Assembly (NCBI GenBank): GCA_024640955.1
Contig: JAHEDZ010000001.1
Span: 21,393-85,392, forward strand
Reading direction: 5' to 3'
Source: Oceanospirillaceae bacterium
GTDB taxonomy: Bacteria > Pseudomonadota > Gammaproteobacteria > Pseudomonadales > Balneatricaceae
DNA length: 64,000 bases
Both the position numbers and the translations under genes were made by a program. Shown here piece by piece: positions 10,563 through 22,503 of this stretch. Each line of letters opens with the position of its first letter. Position 1 is the first letter of the stretch. The notes under the pieces are model-generated. The model saw nothing but the letters and a program-made list of their open reading frames with translations. It ran no database searches and was not told the origin of the DNA.

Positions 10563-11574
10563 GCCTACCCTCGTAGCGGCCGCTGTTGCTGGTTCGCTGG
10601 TAGCAGGTGCTGTAAATGCAGGTGAGCAGTTCGGTCTTGGCCGCACTGCAACTGCTGAAGAAATTGCCGGCTGGGATATCGATGTACGTCCTGACGGTAT
10701 GGGTCTGCCAGTCGGTTCTGGTAGCGTACTCGACGGTGAAGGTCTATATGAAGCGCAGTGTGCCTCATGTCACGGTCTGTTCGGTGAAGGTGAAGGCCGT
10801 TGGCCGGTACTGGCGGGTGGTCAAGGTACTCTTGCGGATGAGCGACCTACTAAGACTGTCGGCTCTTACTGGCCGTATGCTTCGACGCTGTATGACTACA
10901 TCTACCGCGCGATGCCGTTCCCAGCGCCACGCTCTCTGACTCCGGATCAGACCTACGCAATCTCAGCCTACGTGCTGTACTTGAACGAGATCGTTGACGA
11001 GGACTTCGTGCTGACCAACGAAAATTTGGCTGACGTCAAAATGCCGAACGAGCCAAACTTCTTCGTTGATCCACGTCCAGACGTAGCAAACACACGTTGT
11101 ATGTCTGACTGTGCTGATCCAGCTGCGCTGCAGGTGACTGGCTCTATCGGTGGTGTAACACCTGTAGGCCACTTCATCGAAGGTGCCGATGGTCCAGCAG
11201 CATCTCACGATGCTCAGCATGAGCTTGAGAAGAAGATGGAGATGGAGCGTCTGAAAGAGCTTGGCGTTGAGGTTGAAGAGGAAGAAGCTTCATCTGAACC
11301 AGCTGCTCTCTCTGAGGCTGCAGTTGCTGGCGAAGCAACCTACAATATGGCATGTGTAGCTTGTCATGGCGCAGGAATTGCAGGAGCACCAGCAGTAGGT
11401 GACAAAGCAGCGTGGGAAGCTCGCATTGCGCGCGGTATGGAGTCAATGATCAGTAATGCGATCAATGGCTACGCTGGCGACAATGGTGTAATGCCTGCGA
11501 AGGGTGGTCGGGCAGATCTCTCTGACGAGGCAGTAGCCAACGCAGTGGCTTACATGGCAGAATCTAGTCAGTAA
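10546..11574 (+). CDS. soxD: Diheme cytochrome c subunit SoxD
   Basis: Signal peptide MFKLAKPTLVAAAVAGSLVAGAVNA. Two CxxCH motifs (CASCH, CVACH). Overlaps the soxC stop. The 5' extension in the ORF track lies inside soxC. Confidence 0.85.
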   Translation: MFKLAKPTLVAAAVAGSLVAGAVNAGEQFGLGRTATAEEIAGWDIDVRPDGMGLPVGSGSVLDGEGLYEAQCASCHGLFGEGEGRWPVLAGGQGTLADERPTKTVGSYWPYASTLYDYIYRAMPFPAPRSLTPDQTYAISAYVLYLNEIVDEDFVLTNENLADVKMPNEPNFFVDPRPDVANTRCMSDCADPAALQVTGSIGGVTPVGHFIEGADGPAASHDAQHELEKKMEMERLKELGVEVEEEEASSEPAALSEAAVAGEATYNMACVACHGAGIAGAPAVGDKAAWEARIARGMESMISNAINGYAGDNGVMPAKGGRADLSDEAVANAVAYMAESSQ

Positions 11575-11668
11575 ATGACGAGATGCGGGGGTATTTGGGT
11601 TTGCCAAGTATCCTCGCTATTATAAAAAAAAGCGCCTAAAGGCGTATTTATCACTGGAAGGAGTGACC

Positions 11669-12028
11669 ATGCGTAAGTTGATATCAACACTCGCGATCAC
11701 TGGTCTAACACTGGGTGTTGCCGGTACTGCAGTGGCGGGTTCACACGGAGATATGATCAAAGAAGGGCAGGACGTTTACCACGGTAAATCACGCGGTAAC
11801 TGTATTGCTTGTCACGAGATCTCTGACCCAATTGCCAATCAAGCAGGTAATGTCGGGCCAATGATGATCGCAATGAAAGCACGTTACCCCAATAAGGCTG
11901 AGCTTCGTGCACAGATTTGGGATGCGACAGCTAAGAATCCTCTGTCAATCATGCCGCCTATGGGCAAGCATAACATTCTGACAGAAGATGAAATCGACGC
12001 AGTCGTTGAATACATTTATCAGTACTGA
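11669..12028 (+). CDS. soxX: Monoheme cytochrome c SoxX
   Basis: Signal peptide, a single CIACH, GGAAGGAG RBS 5 nt upstream, and position directly before soxYZA. Confidence 0.85.
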   Translation: MRKLISTLAITGLTLGVAGTAVAGSHGDMIKEGQDVYHGKSRGNCIACHEISDPIANQAGNVGPMMIAMKARYPNKAELRAQIWDATAKNPLSIMPPMGKHNILTEDEIDAVVEYIYQY

Positions 12029-12047
12029 TACGAGCAGGTGGAGTAAA

Positions 12048-12506
12048 ATGAGTATGAATCGTCGTACAGTTGTCAAAGCGATCGCGGCAAGCGGTGCGCT
12101 GATGGGCATGGGTGCATTGATGCCGCGCGTTGCGCTGGCTGCATGGAACAAAGACGCGTTTTCCGCGAAAGATCAGGCGTCAGCTATGAACGCTCTCTTC
12201 GGCGGCAGCGCAGAAGCTAGCGCTAACGTAATGCTGAAAGCGCCAGCAATCGCTGAGAACGGTGCAGTTGTACCTCTCTCTGTAAGCACAGACCTCGCAG
12301 ATGTTGAGTCAGTTGCAATCTTCATTGAGAACAACCCAACTCCTCTAGCTGCACAGTTCATGGTACCAGCGGGTACTGATGCTGACTTCTCAACTCGCGT
12401 ACGTATGGGTAAAACCACTAACGTAACTGCAGTTGTAAAAGCGGGTGGCAACACTTACAGCGCTACTTCAGAAGTTAAAGTCACCATCGGTGGTTGTGGC
12501 GGTTAA
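12048..12506 (+). CDS. soxY: Sulfur-carrier protein SoxY
   Basis: Tat signal NRRTVVKA and the diagnostic C-terminal GGCGG* swinging-arm motif. Confidence 0.95.
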   Translation: MSMNRRTVVKAIAASGALMGMGALMPRVALAAWNKDAFSAKDQASAMNALFGGSAEASANVMLKAPAIAENGAVVPLSVSTDLADVESVAIFIENNPTPLAAQFMVPAGTDADFSTRVRMGKTTNVTAVVKAGGNTYSATSEVKVTIGGCGG

Positions 12507-12532
12507 TCAGCGAGTTTATAGGAGTCACTACA

Positions 12533-12841
12533 ATGTCAATTTTTCGAGTTAAAGCTAAAGCCCGTAAAGGCAGCACAGACGTCAAGATGATGGCTAAGCA
12601 CGAGATGGAAACCGGTCAGCGCAAAGGCAAAGACGGTAATCTGATCCCTGCTAAGTTTCTTGACACTGTTACTGTTAAGCACGCTGGCAACACAGTTTTC
12701 GAAGCTAACCTCGGTACTGCGGTATCTAAAAACCCATACCTCGCTTTCTCATTCGCCGGCGGCGTGAAGGGTGAAGAGCTCGAGATCATGTGGACTGAGA
12801 ACACAGGTGCGAACGGTTCAGAAACTGGCGCAATCAAGTAA
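12533..12841 (+). CDS. soxZ: Sulfur-compound chelating protein SoxZ
   Basis: About 102 aa. MSIFRVKAK...TDVKMMAKHEMETG pattern, immediately after soxY. Confidence 0.9.
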   Translation: MSIFRVKAKARKGSTDVKMMAKHEMETGQRKGKDGNLIPAKFLDTVTVKHAGNTVFEANLGTAVSKNPYLAFSFAGGVKGEELEIMWTENTGANGSETGAIK

Positions 12842-12866
12842 TCAGGGTTCGGAGCCCGGAGGACTT

Positions 12867-13727
12867 ATGAAAATTATAAAAACAACACTGCTCGCTATGA
12901 GCGTTGCAGCCCTGAGCCAGACGGCGATGGCTGCCAAAACAGGTGCGACTCTGTCAACAGTTGATCCAGAAGCGGACCGAATTGCACTGCAAGAGTACAT
13001 GAAGGACCGCTTTCCAGACACTCCAGTGTCTGAGTACGTGAACGGTATCTACGCGGTAGATGCAGCTTCACGCGCACAGTGGGAGGAGATCGAAGAGTTT
13101 CCTCCATACGAGCTGGATCTGGAAGAGGGTGAAGAGTTGTTCAACGAGCAGTTTGCTAACGGCAAAAGCCTGGCAGACTGTTTCGACAATGGGGGTGAAG
13201 GCATTCGCCAAAACTACCCAATGTGGAACGACGAGCGCAAGACTGTTGTAACTCTTGAGATGGCAATCAACGAATGTCGTCTGCAGAATGGTGAGAAGCC
13301 ATACGGTTGGAAGAAAGGTCCAATCGCTAAGGTTTCTGCCTACATGGCGTATACCTCGCGTGGTAACGAGTTTGTAATCGACATTCCGAATGATGATGCA
13401 AAAGCGGCTTACCTTGATGGCAAGAAGTTCTTCTACACCAAGCGCGGTCAGTTGAACCTCTCTTGTGCAGACTGTCACCTGACGGGTACCAACCGCCTGG
13501 TACGTGCTGACCGTCCTAGCCCAGCGCTGGGTCACTCAACGCACTTCCCAGTGGTTCGTTCTAAGTGGGGTAACATCGGTACTATCCACCGCCGTTACGA
13601 AGGCTGTCACCGCGATTCACGTTCAGAGTTCCTGAAAGTGCAGAGCGAAACGTACCGCAACCTCGAGTACTTCCAGACTTACATGTCTAACGGTCTCGTT
13701 GTTAACGGCCCCGGTTCACGTAAGTAA
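12867..13727 (+). CDS. soxA: Cytochrome c SoxA (single heme motif)
   Basis: Signal peptide and one CADCH. The usual N-terminal heme site reads SLADCF, so it is lost. The conserved downstream Cys is present (RRYEGCHRD). Confidence 0.9.
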   Translation: MKIIKTTLLAMSVAALSQTAMAAKTGATLSTVDPEADRIALQEYMKDRFPDTPVSEYVNGIYAVDAASRAQWEEIEEFPPYELDLEEGEELFNEQFANGKSLADCFDNGGEGIRQNYPMWNDERKTVVTLEMAINECRLQNGEKPYGWKKGPIAKVSAYMAYTSRGNEFVIDIPNDDAKAAYLDGKKFFYTKRGQLNLSCADCHLTGTNRLVRADRPSPALGHSTHFPVVRSKWGNIGTIHRRYEGCHRDSRSEFLKVQSETYRNLEYFQTYMSNGLVVNGPGSRK

Positions 13728-13739
13728 GGAGCAGAACTG

Positions 13740-14171
13740 ATGAAAAAGATCGCTACGATCGCAGCAGTTGCTGCCCTGACCGCAAGCTCACTGACAATGG
13801 CTCAGTCCTTCCAGGAAGCTTTCGACATGAACCGCGCAATGTACGGTGCTGGCGCTACCTTCGAGTGGAATGGTAAGAGCTACAACACTAGCTACATTGA
13901 AGAGGAGCTGGCGTCAAAACCAGCTAACCAGGCTAACGCACAGGCTCTGTTCGACGCAGCGAAAGCTAAGTTGGCGGAAGTTCGTGAAGCTGGTTTCGCT
14001 TGGCGTGACAACGTTAAGTACCTCAAGCAGGCTAAGGAAGCGCTGGAAGCTGGTGAGTATCAGAAGTCGATGGACCTAGCTGCACGTTCACACCTGCAGT
14101 CACGTGTTGGTCTAGAGCAGGCTGAAACTGCCAAGAACGAGTGGATTCTAGCGGTTCCGCCGTTAAACTAA
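13740..14171 (+). CDS. Hypothetical secreted helical protein, last gene of the sox operon
   Basis: 143 aa. Signal peptide ...SSLTMA/QS. Ala/Lys/Glu-rich. 12 nt after soxA and followed by a terminator. Confidence 0.6.
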   Translation: MKKIATIAAVAALTASSLTMAQSFQEAFDMNRAMYGAGATFEWNGKSYNTSYIEEELASKPANQANAQALFDAAKAKLAEVREAGFAWRDNVKYLKQAKEALEAGEYQKSMDLAARSHLQSRVGLEQAETAKNEWILAVPPLN

Positions 14172-14188
14172 TCGCTCGATTGCACCTT

Positions 14189-14224
14189 AAAAAGCCCGCT
14201 TAGTTAGCGGGCTTTTTGTTTTTT
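14189..14224 (+). terminator. Rho-independent terminator, usable in both directions
   Basis: AAAGCCCGCT-tagtt-AGCGGGCTTT stem followed by TTTGTTTTTT. The complement also ends in TTTTT. Lies between the convergent sox operon and the cheB/R fusion. Confidence 0.8.
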
Positions 14225-14259
14225 GCCGTCTGAGGCTCTGCTTAAGCAATCAATCGCAA

Positions 14260-16815
<2,556 letters not shown>

Positions 16816-16946
16816 GCCAGATGAAATTCAAGTTGAAAAAGATGAAAAGAGTATGGCACAGAAGTAATCGTAGAGACTACCGTAGACCTTGATCTCTATC
16901 GCTTTCGAACGCTCTAAAATGTGGAGTTATGTAAGTTGAACAGGTT

Positions 16947-16971
16947 CAGGCAGTCCCGCGCGGACTGCCTG
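16947..16971 (-). terminator. 10-bp GC-rich hairpin just downstream of the cytochrome c gene
   Basis: CAGGCAGTCC-cgcgc-GGACTGCCTG, 16 nt after the stop. No clear U-tract on the minus strand. Confidence 0.35.
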
Positions 16972-16986
16972 AGTTTATGTCCTCAC

Positions 16987-17652
16987 TTAAAGGGTAGATA
17001 TGTACTCTGCAAGATCGCTGATGTCCGCATCGGAGAGCCCAGCCGCCTGCCCCCACATAAGTGAGCTGCTTGGGCCGATGGTCTCTTTGGCTTTATACGC
17101 GTTCAAACGATCAATTATGTATGCGGCATCCCGTCCTTTTAGTGCTGGGCCAACACCCCCTGAGCCGTCGGCTGCGTGACAAGCGACACAGCCGGCATAT
17201 TTGGGCTTGCCAGGAAGACTATCTTCGTTCGCCGTAGCCACTACCATCTCGATCTCTTTGGATTGTGCAGGTGCTTCAGCACACTCTTCGCCAACAATAC
17301 AAACCGACCCGTCTGGCTGGATGTTTTTGGCGACGAGCTCCGGGTTAAGAGTGTCGGGTTGCTTTTGCGAGACGATTATTACTCCCGCAACTATTGCCAA
17401 CACGGTGATGACATAAGCTCGGATGAAATAGCGAGCCAAATGTCGCCCGCGTTTAGCGATATACTCGGCCTCTTGCTGATATCCAACGCTCCCATGATCG
17501 ATGCGCATCAGCATCCGTAATTTGGCGATACCATAGGCTGCCATAAATATTACAAAGAGTATCAGTATCATACTCGGGATCAGAATTTTGAGGGTGTAGA
17601 GGTCGAGGTAGCTGCTTAAAATTGAGTCCATTGAGTGCGTCCAAGAAAACAT
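16987..17652 (-). CDS. Membrane-anchored class I c-type cytochrome
   Basis: 221 aa. Two N-terminal TM helices and a C-terminal domain with CVACH and a c553/c5-like tail. Confidence 0.8.
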   Translation of the reverse strand: MFSWTHSMDSILSSYLDLYTLKILIPSMILILFVIFMAAYGIAKLRMLMRIDHGSVGYQQEAEYIAKRGRHLARYFIRAYVITVLAIVAGVIIVSQKQPDTLNPELVAKNIQPDGSVCIVGEECAEAPAQSKEIEMVVATANEDSLPGKPKYAGCVACHAADGSGGVGPALKGRDAAYIIDRLNAYKAKETIGPSSSLMWGQAAGLSDADISDLAEYISTL

Positions 17653-17821
17653 TATCAGGATTTAAGAATGGTAGCGGTCATGCTCAGCCGTTATTACGTA
17701 GCTAGGCTCAAATAGATCGATTTTCCTGGAACGAATACCCCCCTAAAGCAACGATCTACCGCAAAGCAATACATTCGAGATCTGTTGGTGGGGTTTGTTG
17801 TGCCAAGCCTCGAGTTAAAAC

Positions 17822-17850
17822 CACAAAAAAGCCCGCGAGATGCGGGCTTT
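17822..17850 (-). terminator. Rho-independent terminator of soxB
   Basis: Minus strand reads AAAGCCCGC-atctc-GCGGGCTTTTTTGTGG, about 25 nt after the soxB stop. Confidence 0.8.
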
Positions 17851-17872
17851 GAAGCTGAGCTGAGGGCTGGTA

Positions 17873-19774
17873 TTACGCCCACTCACCTGGGTAGTCTGCG
17901 AAACCTGGGTTGTCAGAGACACCGACCACTTTCGGGTTGTTAACTTTAGGCAGGTTAATAACCATGTTGCCATCACGCTCAGAGCGCAGGTAGTCAGCGA
18001 TGATATCCCACAGTAGACGACCCTCTGGTGTGCGGTTAACTGTTGCCCAGCCCGATACGCTGTAGTTCTTGTCATCTTCGATCACTTCACCGTTGTCCAG
18101 ACGTACTTCAGAGATACGTGAGCCCAGTGGTTTAGTTGGGTGGATGGTGTAGTCCAGGCCGCCTACGCGTACCATGTCGCCACCTGACTGCAGGTAGGGA
18201 TCAGGATCGAACAGGTTGTCGGCGACGCCTTCCAGCATATCCTTGATAGCCTTACCGGTCATATCCTGAACATAGGTCTCAGAGTAGGTAGTCGCACACT
18301 GGCTCATCACATCTTCCATCGTGATCCAGTCACCCTCGAGTGTGGTGGTACCCCAGCGCACACCCGCTGAGAGTGCGATATCCGCTTTGTATTCCCAACG
18401 TAGGGCATTACAGATAACTTGGTCCCAAGTACCCATAAAGTTACCGCGGCGGTAGAGAGTGCGGTCAGCTTTTGCCAACTTCTCTGAGAGTATCTCTTCG
18501 TAGGTCTTACCTACACGAGCTGGGTTGTTCTGCCACTTCTTGTTACGTGCTTCGATAACCTGATCGTCGTACTTGGTCTGTCGCATCTGGTTGATGAAAG
18601 AGTCCATCTCGTTGTCAGCTTCCAGCCAATCAGTGATGACAGGTAGCTGCTTGTAAACCATGTTCTTAATCTGGCCGCCCTCTATAGAGAAGTCCATGCA
18701 GCCAACAAACTTACCGTTAGAACCGGCGTTGGTAACCCAGCACTCGCCGCCATCAACATTCTTAACTTTGATTGGTTGAGGTACGCCGTCGTGGGTGTGA
18801 CCACCGAATACAGCGTTTAGACCCGGCACGCGTTCAGCCATTTTAATGTCGACGTCCATACCGTTGTGGGATACCAGAATAACGGCGTCTGGCTGCTCCT
18901 CTTCACGGATTTGCGCAACCAGTTCGATCATGTCATCTTCACGCAGGCCGAATGACCAGTCTGGGAAGAACTCTTTAGGGTTAGCGTTGGAGGTACGTGG
19001 GAACGCCTGACCTACAACAGCGATACGGGCGCCGTTGATCTCTTTGATGACGTATGGCTGGAACGCGTGGCCCGTGTCTTCATCATAGAGGCCGCGACCG
19101 TCGTAACGATCAACCATCTCGTAGTATTCGTCGCCAAACAGGGAATCCTCGAGAACCTTGACGTTCTGACCGATGAAGTCACCTTTGAACAGCGCAACAT
19201 TCGACAGAACCTCCTCTTCACGGTAGGTGAACTCCCAGTGGCCGACCATTACGTCGATACCGAGGATGTTTGATGCCTCAACCATGTCGACACCGCGTGT
19301 CCACAGTGAGGTGCCTGAACCCTGCCAGAGGTCACCGCCATCGAGTGTCAACGTATTCTGACGACCACCTGCCTGCTCACGCAGCATGTCGAGCAGTGTT
19401 TTTACGTGTGCGAAACCGCCGGTGCGTCCGTACTTCTTCGCCTGTTCCAGGAAGTTGAGGTAGGTATATGCGTAAGCCTCAGGCGAGTTCTCAGCCACTC
19501 CCATCTCTTTAAGAAAGTTCTTACCGACAACGTGCGGCGCCCGACCGTAAGCTTCACCCACACCGAGGTTTACGTTAGGTTCACGGAAGTACACTGGTTT
19601 GAGTTGCCCGTGTACGTCTGTGATATGAAGAATACGCGCATCACCTGACATGGGTATGTCATAAAATCCCTTAGGAGCGCTGTTGTTTGCAAGAGCACGT
19701 GCGCTGTAAATAGCTGGGATTGAACCCGCTGCTGCGGCTGCGGCCATTGCTTTCAATAGTTGACGACGATTCAT
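17873..19774 (-). CDS. soxB: Thiosulfohydrolase SoxB
   Basis: Tat signal MNRRQLLKAMAAAAAAGS. Dinuclear metallophosphoesterase/5'-nucleotidase fold (ILHITDVHGQ, GGDLWQGS, GHWEF, GGHTHD). Start set at the Tat-signal Met. Confidence 0.95.
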   Translation of the reverse strand: MNRRQLLKAMAAAAAAGSIPAIYSARALANNSAPKGFYDIPMSGDARILHITDVHGQLKPVYFREPNVNLGVGEAYGRAPHVVGKNFLKEMGVAENSPEAYAYTYLNFLEQAKKYGRTGGFAHVKTLLDMLREQAGGRQNTLTLDGGDLWQGSGTSLWTRGVDMVEASNILGIDVMVGHWEFTYREEEVLSNVALFKGDFIGQNVKVLEDSLFGDEYYEMVDRYDGRGLYDEDTGHAFQPYVIKEINGARIAVVGQAFPRTSNANPKEFFPDWSFGLREDDMIELVAQIREEEQPDAVILVSHNGMDVDIKMAERVPGLNAVFGGHTHDGVPQPIKVKNVDGGECWVTNAGSNGKFVGCMDFSIEGGQIKNMVYKQLPVITDWLEADNEMDSFINQMRQTKYDDQVIEARNKKWQNNPARVGKTYEEILSEKLAKADRTLYRRGNFMGTWDQVICNALRWEYKADIALSAGVRWGTTTLEGDWITMEDVMSQCATTYSETYVQDMTGKAIKDMLEGVADNLFDPDPYLQSGGDMVRVGGLDYTIHPTKPLGSRISEVRLDNGEVIEDDKNYSVSGWATVNRTPEGRLLWDIIADYLRSERDGNMVINLPKVNNPKVVGVSDNPGFADYPGEWA

Positions 19775-19858
19775 AGTTACCTTAGGTTCCTGTCTGCGAA
19801 TGGGCCAAGGGGCCGTTTTCAACGATTTACTGGTCCCGTTAGAACGAGAGGAGTTCAG

Positions 19859-21007
19859 TTGAACTATCTATCCAGCATTTTAGTTATATGCACTTTAGTT
19901 ACATGCTTATTCTACCCGGTGAGGGCGGATGTTGTGAAGCCCGCACTGATTGAGATTAGCGCCTACACGACTGAAGTCGTAGAGGTGGAGATCCGTGCCA
20001 GTGTAGAGGCCTTGCTGACCGGAATTAATGGACGTTATCGCAACACGCAAGAGGCCCCTAATGCCGATGAGTATGACCAGTATAGACAAATGGAGCCGGC
20101 GCAGTTGCGTGAGGCATTTAGGCCGTTTGAGCAGACGCTGGTCTCGGGTGTTGAGTTACGTGCTGATGGCACTCCGATAGTGCTCAAAATTAAGCAGATC
20201 GATATCGCCGAGAAAGGTTACACCAAGGTACCGCGAAACTCGGTGATCACGCTTGAGGGGGCAATTCCGCGTAACACTCTATCAGTCACTTGGTACTACC
20301 CGATGGCCTTTGGCGACCACGCTACGCGGGTACGCCAGGTAAACGTGGAGAGCGAGGAGTACCACTGGTCCTCGCATCAGTGGGTTAAAGAGGATGTGCC
20401 GACTCAACCGTTTTTGCTCAACGAGGTGTTCTCCAAGCCGAGTATAACGGAGGTGATTCAGACTTATACCGTTAGCGGCTTTCAGCACATCGTGCCGCTG
20501 GGGTTGGACCATATTCTGTTTGTGCTCGGTATCTTTCTACTCAGTCGTCGGCTCAAACCGATTCTGCTGCAGGTGACCATGTTTACGCTGGCTCACTCGA
20601 TTACGCTGGCCTTGGGTGTTTTGGGGTTAATTGAGATTTCTCCGCGCATTGTTGAGCCGCTAATCGCGCTATCGATCGCCTATGTCGCTGTAGAGAATAT
20701 CTTTGTTCACAAAGTCAGCGCGTTGCGTCTACCACTGGTGTTTGGTTTTGGTCTGCTGCACGGTTTGGGTTTTGCGACCGTTCTGACTGAGTTCGGCATG
20801 CCAACCGATGACTTTATCGCAGCACTGGTGGCCTTTAATGTTGGGGTTGAGTTGGGGCAGGTGGCGATCGTCTTGGCAGCCTACTTTGGCGTCGCTTATT
20901 GGTTTAAGTCGCAGGAGCTTTATCAGCGCGTCGTTGTAATACCGGCATCGCTAGTTATCGCTGCGATGGGGCTGTTCTGGTTTGTCGAGCGCTTGGAAAT
21001 TATATGA
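19859..21007 (+). CDS. HupE/UreJ_2-family membrane protein with a large N-terminal extracytoplasmic domain
   Basis: GFQHIVPLGLDHILFVLGIFLL, TLAHSITLALG and GLLHGLGFA motifs. Probable TTG start at 19859, preceded by GAGAGGAG. The ORF-track 5' extension is antisense to the soxB start. Confidence 0.7.
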   Translation: MNYLSSILVICTLVTCLFYPVRADVVKPALIEISAYTTEVVEVEIRASVEALLTGINGRYRNTQEAPNADEYDQYRQMEPAQLREAFRPFEQTLVSGVELRADGTPIVLKIKQIDIAEKGYTKVPRNSVITLEGAIPRNTLSVTWYYPMAFGDHATRVRQVNVESEEYHWSSHQWVKEDVPTQPFLLNEVFSKPSITEVIQTYTVSGFQHIVPLGLDHILFVLGIFLLSRRLKPILLQVTMFTLAHSITLALGVLGLIEISPRIVEPLIALSIAYVAVENIFVHKVSALRLPLVFGFGLLHGLGFATVLTEFGMPTDDFIAALVAFNVGVELGQVAIVLAAYFGVAYWFKSQELYQRVVVIPASLVIAAMGLFWFVERLEII

Positions 21008-21075
21008 GGGATGTAGCGCACAGTGATATTTCCCGACTCGAGAGCAAGGGGCTGTCAAATCGCGAACATAGGCTT
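21006..21075. repeat. Degenerate half-copy (A) of the intergenic palindromic mosaic element
   Basis: GAGGGATGTAGCGCACAGTGATATTTCCCGAC is about 80% identical to the left arm of copy D (GAGGGCTGTAGCGCAGAGCGCTATTGCCGAC). Confidence 0.35.
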
Positions 21076-21141
21076 CGCCTAGATCGCTCGTACGAGCTTC
21101 TGATAGAATTTCGGTAAACCGTTCCCAACAAGGAAACTACC

Positions 21142-21453
21142 GTGCATCAACGTGTTCTGTTGACCAACACCGCGCTGATCGATGAAACCAAGCCCGCATC
21201 TGAGACCTGTCCCGTCTCTGACGTTCAGAGCGAGCAGCTTGATGCCGCGCTCAATCAACTGTTGCAAATCGCTAATGAGATGCAGGTTAATGGTTCACGG
21301 CAGAGTGTCGATTCGCCTTGGGGCGTCTCTAGCGCTGTTAATGTTCAGATTGACCGTCGTGACACCGACTCTAAAGGCTATGTGGCTGTGCGCCTTGACC
21401 GCTCAACAGGCATAACTTGGTGGCTCAACGATAGGACCTGGCAGGCCTACTAA
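21142..21453 (+). CDS. Hypothetical protein
   Basis: 103 aa. GTG start with AAGGA 8 nt upstream. Its stop overlaps the epmC start (TAATG). Confidence 0.5.
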   Translation: MHQRVLLTNTALIDETKPASETCPVSDVQSEQLDAALNQLLQIANEMQVNGSRQSVDSPWGVSSAVNVQIDRRDTDSKGYVAVRLDRSTGITWWLNDRTWQAY

Positions 21454-22010
21454 TGAGCGATCCGCACCGCATTGAGGATCTGATCCCGCTGTTCAACGGT
21501 CTCTTTCTTGAAAAGCTCAACACCGAGCTCGTTGCAGGTGAAGATGAGCCAGTGTATCTACCGGCCTCGGTGGAATACCCCCGCCACCGTATCATTTTCG
21601 CGCACGGTTTCTTTGCCAGCGCACTGCACGAGATCGCCCACTGGTGTGTCGCCGGTCCCGAGCGTCGTAAGCTCGAGGACTTCGGCTACTGGTATAAGCC
21701 TGATGGCCGCTCGATACTCGAGCAGCGTGAGTTCGAGCAGGTGGAACAGAGGCCGCAGGCGTATGAGTGGATTCTGTCTGTCTCGGCGGGCAAGCGCTTC
21801 CACTTTAGCGCAGACAATCTCAGTGGCGAGGTTGGCGCTAGCGACAGTTTCAAAGCTTCGGTTGCTTCCAGAGCACAGCAGACCATTGAGCGAGGTATGA
21901 ATACTCGGCTGCAAGCGCTCAGTGACAAGCTACGAGACTTTTACGGGCAACCTGAGCTGCGCTCAAATCAGTTCGAATTAGAGCGCGAGCAACAGGCCTG
22001 CGCGAGCTAG
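21453..22010 (+). CDS. epmC: Elongation factor P hydroxylase
   Basis: 185 aa. HGFFASALHEIAHWC...DFGYWY..DGR matches the YfcM/EpmC family. Confidence 0.85.
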   Translation: MSDPHRIEDLIPLFNGLFLEKLNTELVAGEDEPVYLPASVEYPRHRIIFAHGFFASALHEIAHWCVAGPERRKLEDFGYWYKPDGRSILEQREFEQVEQRPQAYEWILSVSAGKRFHFSADNLSGEVGASDSFKASVASRAQQTIERGMNTRLQALSDKLRDFYGQPELRSNQFELEREQQACAS

Positions 22011-22024
22011 ACGCTGCACAAGTG

Positions 22025-22474
22025 TTAGTGCTTGTGCTCGTGCTTTTTCTGCATCATCGGTTCGATCGGCTGGATTGGGATCTCCAAAGCCTCTGACGAA
22101 CCGTCGCTGAAGTTGAGCGTTAGGTCGATCGTTTCACCCTCTACCAGAGCTTTGTTTAGGCCTATCAGCATAACGTGAAGTCCGCCGGGCTTCAGCTCAG
22201 TTGTCTGTTTGGCAGGCAGATCGATCTGATTAACCTGACGCATCTTCATCTTGCCATCGGTCATCGTGTTGTTGTGAAGCTCCACCGCCTCGGCAACACT
22301 CGATTCAGCGCTGACAACTGCCAAATCAGTATTCGCGTTGTTGATCAACGTCATGAAGGCCGCGCTTATCTTAGCGGTGGGCGGGACTGCACGAGCCATC
22401 GCATCGTTGATGGTTAGATCTGCTGCCTGGGTTAGGGATGCGCTCATAAGCAGTGCGGGAAACAAAAACTTCAT
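22025..22474 (-). CDS. Periplasmic copper chaperone PCu(A)C
   Basis: 149 aa. Signal peptide. ...AFMTL.N......VELH...M.....MR and GG.HVML.GL pattern. His-rich tail HEHKH. Confidence 0.85.
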   Translation of the reverse strand: MKFLFPALLMSASLTQAADLTINDAMARAVPPTAKISAAFMTLINNANTDLAVVSAESSVAEAVELHNNTMTDGKMKMRQVNQIDLPAKQTTELKPGGLHVMLIGLNKALVEGETIDLTLNFSDGSSEALEIPIQPIEPMMQKKHEHKH

Positions 22475-22503
22475 CAGTTTTCCTTCAAAGTAAAATCAGA
22501 CTT

